Shown here: piece by piece, positions 1-12,337 of the stretch
Numbering within the stretch: the first letter of the stretch is position 1
How the letters are laid out: the number at the start of each line of letters is the position of its first letter
DNA from: Auanema rhodensis
Taxonomy: Eukaryota > Animalia > Nematoda
Assembly: GCA_964057225.1 (NCBI GenBank)
Contig: OZ059898.1
Coordinates: 6,882,001 to 6,946,000, forward strand
DNA: 64,000 nt
Direction: 5' to 3'
Translations under genes and position numbers: made by a program
The notes under the pieces: model-generated
Told to the model about the DNA's origin: nothing
The model's database searches: none
The model's input: the letters and a program-made list of their open reading frames with translations, nothing else

Positions 1-3000
1 TTATTTTTTTCTTTTTATTGCGCCCATTCCACGACGTCCGCCAGTGGGTTGAGGTAACGAGAAAGTAATACCCATTCGATCTAATATAGCGCCAAGAGAC
101 TTTTTCGGAATCAATGAGGCCGGATCATCAGAACGAAGTAAGCGTACGTGTAACTCATCCTAGAAAACAAAATTTAGTTGAAAGCACTTTCTTAACTTTG
201 GCGCTTACTATCATAACCGGCTGGAGAGAAAGCATGTGGCTGTATAACTCTTCATTTTCTGGTTTACGTAACCAAACCAAAAAAGACAAAGTCATTCCAT
301 TTATATCCTAAAAATGAAAATAAGTTTTAAAATTTTTTTAGAAACGTTAACCTTTGGCAATGCAGAATCGATCATACTTTCTTCAATAGGTTCATCCTGA
401 GGCTCGTTCAATGTTTGATTACCAAGATCATCGTCTGAAACAATGTCCTAAAATCGAAAAAAACTTTATTTCGTCAAAAAATACCACTAGATGCAGGAGA
501 GCTGGGAACTACCACAGGCGGAGCTTTAGTTGGAGTAGTCTCTTCGAAAAGAATTTGTCGCTTTTGTGGTTTACTTCTCTCTGGTAAAGCTTTTGTATTT
601 CTTGCTGCTTGTTCAATTATAACTCGATCATTCTGTCGTATCAGAGGCCTAACAGTAGGGGTCGATGGATCAATTACTAAACTAGGATAAAAGGAAGAGC
701 TAAAATTATATTAAACCTGGATGAATAGAATCATAAATTTGTCTTAAATATTCCACTGCTCTTTTTCGACCCATTGGCCGCAATCCGTGACGAGCTAACT
801 CTTTCTAAAAAAAATTGGCATAACAAAGCACAGACACAATTTTTTACCTTGAGTTCATTATCATCCATGCCTTCATAGTCTGGCATAGGTGTTATATCAG
901 AAGTTTTGAGGATCTTGACGTTGGAACCAAACCTTCAGAAATAAAACCATGGAAAAAATATGAATATTGAAAGAAACTTCAATCTTTTTGAAGCTGGTTG
1001 TAGAGGTGTGGATTGGGCTAATGGATGATTAAACGATGTGCTCGGTGACCCAATTGCGTTCTCAGGCGGCAAGTTCTAAACAAATATGTAATATAAAAAG
1101 AGATAATTTAAAAAACTATTGCTTCTGAATAATTTTTAGAAAAAGGTTTAACATTTTCGATGGGTGGAATATTGAGATCTGGAATATCGAATGAATCTAT
1201 TTCAGTTTCAACATTTTCAACAACTTTGGTCAACTGAAATAAGAAATATTAACAGCAAACCACTTAAGCACATACAGCAGATGACTTAATAAAAACCTCT
1301 GGTTCTTTGGAACCATCATATTCTTTATCAGGCTCTGTGGGGGGAAGTTCTTTCAATCCTTCTAAAAACATATTTATTTATATTTTAAACTTTAATTTCT
1401 ATTTTTTTAAATACCGGAATCAGGATCTGCTCTCCAAAAACTCTCATTGTAGAATTCATTATATCCAACGTCATCAAAATCATAATTAGGCTCATAAAAA
1501 TCAGGTTGGTCCGGAGTTTCGGTCTATACATAAAAATATATAAATATACTATAAAAAAGGAATAGTTACAGCTTTTGTTTCCGGTGCTGGAGACTTTTTA
1601 ATTTCGGGTGCTGGAGACGTCGATTTTTCCATTGGTAATATATTCGAATCTTGTTTATCAAACGAAGACATACCTGAGATTAAAAATAGATAAACAAAAA
1701 TTCAAAAACAGAGAACGTCAAATATGTAAATTACTCAAACTTACTGCTACGTTTCGTAAACGTCTCCGGATTAATCTCTGTGGGTCTAATTTTAATTGCA
1801 GGCTACAAATAATTATTTAATAATAGAAATATAATCATATTATACAGATCGCTGTTTAGGTATATCCGCAATTATAGTAATTTCACTGTTTTCACTAAGA
1901 ACTGTGTTATTCATAATAATTCCTTGTAGTGGGTCTTCACAATCAAGAGATTCGGTTACCTGAGAAAAAAAATTAAAAATCAGAGCACGAGACCATTACA
2001 TCACAAGGCGATGTTGATTCAGGGTTGTCACACTCTGGTGGATTCTCATCATTGGTGATAGTGGTGGTCAGACAAATACCTTCAGTAAGAGTAACATCTT
2101 GTTCCTTGTTCTAAACTATAATTATAAAGCGTCGGAACATTGCGACAACCTCCACAATAACTTGAGCAGAAGAGGATACTCCAGCGGCCCGAAGAAAACT
2201 TCTTTCTATTTCAGCATCATCGTCTATTTTTTCCACTCGATTACAAGCGATTGAAATTGTCTCAGGTCCATATTTATCAGCTAATCTTCGTATAGCATCG
2301 TTTTGATCCTGAGACCATTCGATCGCTCCCGAGTTTATGTAAGAAACCCAATGTTTGACGATCTAAAGCATTTATATCTTAATAAACCATTTCATTATCA
2401 ATAATACCTCAGTGTCTTCATCAATCATGCAAAAGCTGAATTTAGTTACAATTCCTTTAGTCCTTCTTTGTAAAATAATACGATGGCAACCTACTTCTCC
2501 TAAAAGTATGGAATTATGATTGCAAAAATATTTAACGTACCATCTCTACATTTCAATATGAAATCGTATTCGGCATTTTGAGGGTCACATAGGGTATATA
2601 AATCTTTAGATAAACTTTCCAAATGAATAAGCTGCGAATATGTTGTCTATATTAATCTTCAATACAACAAACACACTTTATCCAAGAGTTTTCTTTCTCT
2701 TATAGCATGAAAATTTGCTTTTTTTGTCACTTTTTCCACGTCATCTTTGATAGCTTTCCCTTTTTTTGTTTTGAACATACTCAGAAAACGGTCATGTAAA
2801 AGAGATATAACCTAACATAAATATTTAAATCTCATATGGGAATACAAACCGACTTCGCATTTACAGTCATGGGGAGCTAGTTGTACTATAGAATATGATC
2901 TAGCTTTCCTACGACGGTTTGCTTTTGGATCTTCGATTCTAAACAAAATAGATTACCACATATGAACTTTTGTCCACCTTTCAAATTCAGGGGATCTTTT

Positions 3001-3887
3001 TTCACATAGTGGAGGCTTTTTTGCTTTTGTTGTTTCACTTTCCATACTTTCAGATAAAGCCTTAAAAAGACAGTGATATCATGAATAGATATAATAAACC
3101 TTTGCTAGCTGCATTTCTTCATCGAACTTTGTTTTGGGTTCATTATTCAGTTTAGGTGCTTTGACAGTTTTAATAGTGGGAATTGACGCGCTAAAATGTA
3201 TAAACTGTTAAAAATTGAATTCTAATAAATTACTTTGTGTGGTTCAATCCCTTCCTTTTCTTAATTTCAATGGCTTTGCTTTGAACTTCCACTAAATCAA
3301 CCAGCTTATTGGCAGGCACATTATTATCTTTTCCACATTTTTTGATATGAGCCGAGCGGAACTGGAAAAATTGTTTTTCTATATTCATTTTCAATCTTAC
3401 AGGTCCAGGTTCTAATGGTTTCCTACATATGGGGCAATCCACAGTTAATGAATGTTTTTCCTTTGCCTTTTCAAAATTCTTCTTAGACTGGTGACCATCA
3501 AGACAATTGTTAGTATGAAGAGATCTTAGTTTCAAGAAAGTTAAAAATGATTTTTAAACGTTTCCTAACCTACGAACAGAATTCAAGTTGGATATATCCT
3601 TATTACATAGTGGACATAAAACTATTTCTTTTTTGGGTGAATCAAGAGCTGATAATCCGAATGATTCCTCTTCTATATCAGAAAATATTTCTATTTTTCA
3701 CTCTAAATACTTACTTTTTTCAAAACCAGAAAAAAGAGAAGGAGGTTCTTCAATTTCATCGTCAATTTTTTTCGACGGCCTTCTTTAATGCAAAAAAGTT
3801 TTAAAATATTCAGTATTCTTACAACTTCGGAGCCAGCAATATAGGATTCGCAGTGGGTTTTTTGATTACAAAATCGTCTTCATCCAT
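1..3887 (-). CDS. him-18: SLX4 structure-specific endonuclease scaffold (HIM-18), multi-exon
   Basis: ATG at 3887 (MDEDDFVIKK). UBZ-type fingers CPLCNKDISNLNSVRRSLHTNNC and CPICRKPL...HIKKC, then a BTB-like region (FILKCRDG..VGCHRIIL). SAP-like segment ITPMPDYEGMDDNELKKELARHGLRPMGRKRAVEYLRQIY and a C-terminal SLX1-binding-like region ending ILDRMGITFSLPQ...KRKK*. TAA at 3..1. Confidence 0.85.
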
Positions 3888-3999
3888 CTCTCATTATTTT
3901 ACAAAAGTTGTACCATCTTCAATTATAAAAACAGTTAACAATCAGAACAATACTTATATAGAGATGAAACCTGTACGCAATCTCGTATAAAAATGAAAT

Positions 4000-4015
4000 G
4001 CGGGAAAAGTTTAAA
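4000..4015. promoter_or_regulatory. E2F site (GCGGGAAA) plus adjacent CHR-like TTTAAA; DREAM-type element in the bidirectional promoter
   Basis: GCGGGAAAAGTTTAAA lies in the 355-bp gap between the him-18 and tnsl-1 start codons. Confidence 0.5.
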
Positions 4016-4242
4016 TTTGCCTTGAGGGTATAACAATCAAATCTCCACGATAAAATATGCAAATCGACCGGTGAATTTATTATTAGTTTAAAAAATGAAT
4101 TGTTTCGATTATTATATCTCAATCTTGTTGATGTTATTAATATATTGGGTTTTTTATATGCTAAAGATATCACTTAATTTTTAGTTTTGATTGAAAAATA
4201 TAAATGGTTTAAGCATTTCTTTGTGGGCCGCTCATTTTAGTT

Positions 4243-7200
4243 ATGGCTAAGCGACTAAAAGGTTTTAAAGACATTTTATTATATTTTTGTATTCAAATAT
4301 TTGGAGATTTACACCGTCAGTTAAAGCAAGTTGAGAACAGCCAAAGTGTACAGAAGAAAATAGATATACTGCTTGAACTAGGAGACTATTATCGTGAAAA
4401 GGAAGATTACGATTCTGCAATAAAACAGTTTGAAGATGGTAAATACTCTTTAGGACTGTACCAAATAAAATTTGGAAATTCAGCTCTGAAATTAACAACA
4501 CAGTATAGTACGCACCTAGATGCCTCATTCGCTTGCAGAGCTTTGTGTGAAATTTATGCAGAACTGAGTAATATTAAATTGTTGTTTTTTTGTTTCATTT
4601 TTGTTCAGATGACAAGAAGAAATCCTTGAGTTATTGCAACAAATTTCGAGAAACAGCTGAAGCATCTAAATGTGCTTCACAGATTCAATTGTCGTTTCAT
4701 GTTACTGCTTGGGTTTACCAGAAATTATGGGTATTAGACAATGCTAAACCAAAAGGTTTACTGCATGAAGTAAGCGTTTTAGCTTTAAGCACTGAAGAAT
4801 ATCTCAGTTTTAGGCTCGTAAGAATGTAAAATTGAGCATAGAATACATAAAGGTCAACGGTTTTATGATTGACAAGGATCACAAGGCCGTGCAATCAGGC
4901 GGAGATTCGAGGAAACGAAAAGCTCATGCTGTTAGTTATCTTCTTTGTTGGAATTAATCATCATGTTTTAAAGGAGAGATTGTATTCAAGTGTTGCTGCT
5001 TGTCTTGGGTTACGAATCGAGGCTGAACAAGCTTGGAATAATGCATTTGCATATGCTCAGTCTGTTTCTTAGTTATACATTGTTACTTTGAATTATTATA
5101 GGAGAAATCACGATGCTGAATTGAAGTATGAACTGTTATTAGCGAAAATTGATTTTAATTGGTTAAATGAATCTGTTGCGACTGCACAAAAGCTATTAAA
5201 TCATGCACCGCCAAAGAAAAAAGCATTAGCTCTTTTGGAACTAAGCCAGGTTCCTATTAGTAAAAATAAAATAAAAAACAAAGATTTAGGCCTATATATT
5301 CGAGAGAAATTTTTCGGAAGCACAAAAAATATTATGGGAATGCTTGTCGAAATATGAAATGCAGTTAATTGAGGATGACAAAGATGTCCTCCATAATCGA
5401 ATTGTTTTTCGTAAGTATGTGATTTTTTCGTTGTTTCAATACCTTTTCAGTTCATAAATATTTTGCGTGGAAAAAGAAAGCTGAAAGTCCTACAAGTGAA
5501 CTAACAGTTAAAATGAAGTGTTATGAAAATATAGCTGATTCTTTAATATACTATAGGTATATTGTTTATATTTATTGTAATTGTAGTCGAATAGTTTAGT
5601 GATGATAGACATGAGTTAAGATGGATGGCCATAGAATACTATGAAAAAATGTTAGGGTATGTTATAAATGTTGATTTTTATTATTTCTTTTAATTTATTC
5701 TTTCGTAGTTGTACAGTAAATGATGAACAGCGAATGCCAGCCTATTTATCGTTGGCAGAAACATTGAAAGAAGTTGGTAAATATGAGCGATCGTTAATGT
5801 ATTTTGAGAAAAATTATGAAATTGAAAAAAGCCGCTATTCTAACGAAAAAGTATGTTTATAAAATTGTTTTATACTTTTTTTTATGTGTTGTATGTTTTA
5901 GTTACTTGAAAGCAAATGTGCTATGTTTGTTGTTAAATGTATGGGCAACCTTCGCACTCAGGACAAATTGATCGGCGAATTTGACGATTTAATGAGAGTT
6001 ATTCCGGATAATTTACCGTATTTAAAAGTAGAAGCTTACTGGAATATTTGATCTCATTCAAAACATCATTCGTTTTGCAGAAAGCGATTTGCCAATCCTT
6101 GGGAGAAATGATACAAAAACAAGGTGGATTTGACAATAAATATATCGAGCAGGCGAGAGAATATGAGGTAGTTTTCAGTATTCAGTTTAAATTTAGTTTG
6201 TTATTTGATTGATAGAATATACCTTCGCAATCCTCTGTAAATGATGAAATTGAAGAACAGGAAGAAGAAAGAAACATTGAAAACGTTATTGACTTTGACA
6301 ACTGCGAAATCATTCTTGAATCCAAACAAAGAGCGAGAAAAATGAATGATGAAAAAGAATTAATTGCAGATAAGGATAAGGTTCTTTTAAATTAACAGAT
6401 TTATTTGTAAAATCCCTAAACGTATAGATAATAAACAGTCATGGCGAAACTAGGCTACATGTTGCTGCACGTAATGCTGATCGTGCATTCCTTCAACGAT
6501 TGATATCATATGTAGGTTTGCCTAAATCATCTTCATAGCTTTATATTTCAGGGATACAACGTTAATGCTGTCGACTTTGGTGGTTGGACACCTTTACATG
6601 AAGCGATTGGAGTTGGTGACAGAAAAAATGTAATTACTCTTCTTAAAGCTAAAGCAAATGTAAATGCTCAAAGTAAGGAAACTTTCGAGGAGGACGATGA
6701 ATCTGTAAGATTTTTAAATTTAATTTGACATTTTTTATTTTTTAATTTGGTCAGACTGGTGGAGGTATTACGCCACTTATGGATGCCTGCTTAAATGGCT
6801 ATTTCGAGATAGCTAAAGATTTAATCATGTACGGAGCAGATGTTTTTATAAAAAATGAGATTGGATGGACAGTTCTTGAGTTTTTGAGGTTTGGTTCAGT
6901 TTGGTTTAAATTACTAAGAATATCTATCAGGACATCCATGGTAAACTTCTCTGATGATGATTGTATCGCAAGTGCCGAAAAGCTTATTTCGGAAATTGAA
7001 ACAATGTTTCGGGAAAGTAAGCTGATAAAAAACGTTGTGTTTAAAGATAAACTGTTTCAGAAGGCATTCAATTTAGTAAGCAAACTCCTTCAAAGAAAAG
7101 GAAAAATCGAATGACTCATCAAAAAGCACCTGGCAAGAATAGGAGAGAATTATCCCCAGCAAAGGAAAATTTAAATGAATATAAAGTAACACATTATTTA

Positions 7201-9594
7201 TGCATATGTTGATTGAACTTATCGTATTGTAGGCCACTATTGGCATGTTTAGTTCTACTGACAATCGCAGAAGTAGTTCCACAAATGACTTATACTGTGA
7301 TCTACCTTCACCTGATATATCTGACCACCTTAGATCGAAACATCGTAAATCAAATGGTAATTCTTTATATTTTCCAGCTAAGCGTTGTCTTTATTTTAGA
7401 ATATGTACCTAGTTGTTCTCCATTAGGTGATCTCAATCGTGAATCTCCTTATTCAACAACACCTAACTTTCCTAGATCGTTTGTATGTATTAAATTAATA
7501 TATTTTTTTTTGTTAATTCCCCTTTTTCTTGGAGAGTTCTAATTTTGATTCTCATTTGGATGATGGTGAATCTAGGAAAAGAAGAAGTGCTGGATCGTTT
7601 CCTAGAGCTGATAAACGACAAAAGTTGTCAAGGTTATATTTTTTATAATCAATTATCAAACCTTATTTTAAGGCATCTCTCTAGTCCAATAAATTTGATT
7701 GAAGAAGATTTTGGAAATGCCTTTGACCAGGACGTTAGTAATTCTCCTGAATTAATTCAACAGCAAAGTTTTCGCAGGCATTTTACTAAATTATCAAAAT
7801 TTATATATGAAATTTGTTCAGATTCAGTTCCGGCTCATTCACTGGCACTACTCAAAAGTTTGAAAAATCATATTAATATACATAATTTATTTTTTTCAGA
7901 TCTGACTTCTCAAATAATACACAGCGGTAGGTTTAACATTGCTTAACATTGCTTAACTTCGCAATTTGATTTGTAACATATAGATCTGGAAATAATAGTT
8001 GTCAGCCAACAACACTAGTGACAGTTCATTTTAAAGATTGCAATGGAGATGATGCTCATCCCAAAACAAAAATGAAATTTTCTGCGTAATTTAATTTTTA
8101 ATTGTTTAGTATTTTCTAGCTTTCGTATTTCAGTTTAGACAATTCATCAGCTATTAGTGTACGATGTCGAGAGATTCTTGTTAATCAGAGCAACACACGA
8201 GGTCGAGAGATTCTTCATCATCAAAACTTCAAGATCATGACAATGGACGGTTGTGAAGTTAGTTTATTACATTTTTAGGCTGTATTGATACTTCTCTTCA
8301 GGTCGATAGCACAGTGTCGATAGCCGACATTAATCCGCCTGAATTCGTATGTCAATTGCTACCTTCAACTTCTGAAATGCTTCTAAAAGCATCAGGCATG
8401 TGTCAGGTGGTACAATTAGCAATAAATATAGTCGATATTAAGGTGTTTCCAATGATGATGTTTTGAACAAACTTCGCTATTTTGATGAGAATGGTGTATT
8501 AGATATTTCTGACATAGAGATAGCTAATATACAGAAAGATTTCATTTCAGCTATAAAGCAGTCTTCAAAGAAAATATCTGCATTAGTTATGGATTATTAT
8601 GGTTGGAATGATTTCTTAAATAATTTTTGTAATTTAATTATAGGAGGGTGTGAAGAAAATTTTGATATTTTCGACAGTATTTCACCAGATATAGAAATAT
8701 TTAAGGCTTTTGCTTCTAATATTACAACTAATTTTTTGGTTTCTCTCAGCCGCGTAAGCTTAAGTTAGTTTACAGAATAAATGACATTTTTAGCAAAATG
8801 TATTATCAAAACTAACTACTGTTATACTATCTTTAACAAGAATATCTTGTGGGAAAAGCCTTTCAATGTTTCTGTCCTCGCAGCAACTCACGACGATTGA
8901 ATTATCTGGATTACAACTGCTCACTGGAGTTCCTGAATTGATTGATAATTTATCAAGTTGGCTGATATGAAGGAAATCGCTTTACTGTTTTATTTCAGAT
9001 AATAATCATTTAAAAAAATTAGATTTATCATATTCTCCATGGTTGACTAGTGAACATATCATATCGCTTCTATCTAGAAGTAATAATTTATTGGAACTCG
9101 AATTGAATGGGAATAATTTGTCTGGAGTACAATTCGAGGTCAATACCATACCTCAGTAGTTTAATACTATAGAATTTTAGGCAATGTGGCTACCCACGCT
9201 GAAACGGTTAAGCTTAGTTGGATGTAATATAGAATATTGGGATTCATTATTTGAATGGGTCCCAATGGGCCTGTTGGAATTTTTAGACGTTTCAACAACT
9301 GATTTGCAAATACATCATATTCAGAGTGTTCTGTTGTCACGTAGTGAAGGAAGCACCTCATTATCCATTCGTGCTGTAAGGTAATTTAATAGACTGTAGT
9401 TATGCTTCTTTAATGGATACGTACATAGATGTAAAAATATTGATGGTAAATCAGAAGAGCTTGTTAAAATTTTGCTGGAATACGTTCACACAATTGCTAA
9501 ACCTCAACTTGAATTTTCAAGAACAACCCAAATAGAGTTACGAAAAAGGTCTCTTTTCGTTGATCATTTTCTAGTTGATAATTTATATACTTAA
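4243..9594 (+). CDS. tnsl-1: Tonsoku-like DNA repair protein (TPR - ankyrin - LRR), many exons
   Basis: N-terminal TPR-like exons (LLELGDYYREKEDYDSAIKQFE; AYLSLAETLKEVGKYERSLMYFEK). Ankyrin repeats HGETRLHVAA, DFGGWTPLHEA, GGITPLMDACLNGYFEIAKDL. C-terminal LRRs (LKKLDLSYS, LLELELNGNNL, LKRLSLVGCNI). TAA at 9592-9594. Confidence 0.85.
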
Positions 9595-10050
9595 TATACC
9601 TGATTTATGTAATATCAGGTATCAATTGAATCTTTAATTTAACTTTGATATTTCTCCTTTGTGGAAATCTGTTGTCGTTTGTCATTAGTGATAAACGAGG
9701 AAGCATCGTATGTTTCGAAGCATCTTCAGTTTACACTGAACTGATCTGCTCAGTTCCCGTTTGTCTAGGTCTCTACTAATCATTTATCATTTCCCAGCTA
9801 CTTTTTGTTCTGGAAGACTTCACAATATTCACCTGAACTTTTAGTTCGTTTATTTTATCTACTTAATTTTATTCCATTTTTAAATGCCCCTACTATGAAT
9901 TCCGTTTTAACCCACTATATGTTTTTTTTTCGTTTTATTTTCAGAAAACAATAAATATTTTGATAGTTATATTCATGTTTTTTTAATAATTTGTAACATA
10001 AATCTTCGACTTATCAGACCGAAAGAAGAATTTGGGTTATACTTTCAGAA

Positions 10051-11448
10051 ATGTTAGCACATATTCTCATACTCTGTCTATTGTTTCAAACAAGCCATGC
10101 TGCTTTGGACACAGCTGCCGTGATATCTATACAGAATGAGCTGAACAAGCATTCTGCTGAATTAGAAATGTTACTAGACGTATGTTACTCATGAAAGAGT
10201 TTATAAATTTTTCAAAAAAAAATTTTGAATTATCCCAAAAGCACGAATTAGAGCCTTTTTTCGAAATATATAACTATTTGAGTTGTTTCAGCATGTCAAA
10301 AATTTGAATGCTCGTCTTACAAATCTTGATAAGCCTGGTCCACCAGGAGTGAACGGTTCTCCGGGTTTTCCTGGTTCCAAAGGAGAGAAGGGCGACAGTG
10401 GTCTTGATGGTATTGCTCTACTAGTTACAGTTTGTAAATAAAATGTTCAGGATTAACTGGTAGAGATGGAATTCCTGGTATTCCTGGTGTAAAAGGAGAT
10501 ATTGGGCCTATTGGTCCAACAGGAATGAAAGGAGACAAAGGCGCAATGGTAAGATATGTTACTGAAGTTTATATGAACTTAATATTTGCAGGGTTTTCCA
10601 GGACAAAAAGGAGAAGTAGGTACTGGCGGAATCCCTGGTATTAAAGGTGACACTGGTATCCCCGGAAAGGTACGTTGTTGGACAATGAGTTGTTTACTTT
10701 TGTTCAGGTTGGTGAGCCTGGCTCCACCGGTCTCCCTGGAAGCAAAGGAGAAAAGGGTATGGAAGGACTTCCTGGTGTCAACGGACAGTCAGGTCCCCCA
10801 GGTTGGCCTGGTGCCAAAGGAGAAGATGGTTTAAACGGAAGACCTGGTGAGAATAATAACTATGAAATATAATTCAATTTCATGTCAGGTTCTCCTGGTT
10901 TTCCCGGAAAGAAAGGAGAAACAGGTACAGCTGGAGTACCAGGAGTATCTGGAATGATTGGAGAACGTGGTTTGCCTGGAACACCAGGACCTCAGGGAAT
11001 GATGGGACCAATAGGTCCTCCTGGACAGCTTGGATTACCAGGACCTAAAGGAGATCAGGTAAGCACTTTAAAATCAATATTATAATATTGAATTTATCAG
11101 GGACCACCAGGATTTCCTGGTGCTAAAGGAGAACAAGGAAAAGATGGTCTTCCAGGACTTCCAGGTATTTTCAATTATTCATGCCAGTTAAGCTAAATAT
11201 CTATCTGCTAGGTTGGTTGGTAAATGATAAAGGATATTGCATTTTGTCACTTGGAAATTGCCCACCGGCATTCACCCAGATTGGTGCTTATCAGGTTGGC
11301 CAATTAGATTTAGGCTTCTTAATATAAGTTTCTATATCAGGCTCATGTTGATAACTATCGCTTCGGAGATTATTCTTTGGTAAAATCTTCAGGCGTTGGA
11401 TCTACTGAAGAACAGTTTGCTCTTAAAGTTCATGCATGCTGTCGTTAA
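10051..11448 (+). CDS. Secreted non-cuticular collagen: signal peptide, short coiled coil, ~70 uninterrupted Gly-X-Y triplets, Cys-containing C-terminal head
   Basis: TTTCAG at 10043-10048, then ATG ([17 protein letters not shown]). Gly-X-Y exons run from 10330 to 11164. C-terminus [38 protein letters not shown]...ALKVHACCR*. Confidence 0.9.
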
Positions 11449-11566
11449 ATTCAATTCCTTTTATTCAAATTATGGAAACCGAAAATAAAAAAAATTCATT
11501 TTTTTACTATTATATTACCTTATTTCTGGGATAAATATATAATAATATATAATAATTATAATAGTT

Positions 11567-12337
11567 TTAAGTTTTTCCAATTTTAACATAGAAAATAGAT
11601 ATTAATCCTTGGCTGATATTATTGAAAATTAATGTAGGTATTAACAACCAATATGACGATGAAATCTAAAAAAAAACATTAAATAGAAAAATAAAAAAAC
11701 AAGAAGAAGCATACTTTGCACTTATTTTCTAATAATGAAAGTAGTGTATTATTTTCGAATGAAACACTAAAATAGATTAAAATGATTATGGTGAATAATG
11801 ATATCAAAAAAGATATTATAGCATGTGATAGAATAGGCTTTCGAATTGCTAATTGTTGTGTTTCATGCTGTGTTGTAATCCTAAATTTGAATTATTATGT
11901 CATTATGTAAAAAATATATATATATGTATATACCAAACTAAAGTAGTAACTACTACAGCAACAAATAATAATGAAACATTAGTATACATTAAACCCAATG
12001 TAACATTTAGGAATGCAAAAGCACCATCATTCTATAAAAGTACTTATTATTATTATTAAAATATAATATATTCACACTAAATGTACAGCAAATACCGATA
12101 TGAGATGTTACCGGTTCATACCATATATGAATCCAGTCTTAAACATAAAATATTAATGTATTTACAGTTCAAAAAGTTTATGTATTTGAATGTTTGAACT
12201 GTTTTCTCTTTATTTTTTTTTGAAAAGTTATAAAAGTAAAATTTACCACCATTAAATAGAGATACAGTTCCTAAAATAAAAGATATACATGAAGAAATTG
12301 TAGCTCCCAAAGTAAGGTAAGATAACCGTCGTGTCAT
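11567..12337 (-). CDS. Small four-transmembrane protein, claudin/PMP22-like
   Basis: Five phase-consistent exons: MTRRLSYLTLGATISSCISFILGTVSLFNGDWIHIWYEPVTSHIGICCTFSNDGAFAFLNVTLGLMYTNVSLLFVAVVVTTLVW...ISSSYWLLIPTLIFNNISQGLISIFYVKIGKT*. Four hydrophobic segments and a W..G.C first loop. Confidence 0.65.

Noticed and set aside
8396-8442. Possible GC donor in tnsl-1 (and at ~1122 in him-18)
   Set aside because: An in-phase GT donor lies 6 nt away in each case, so GC use is not required.
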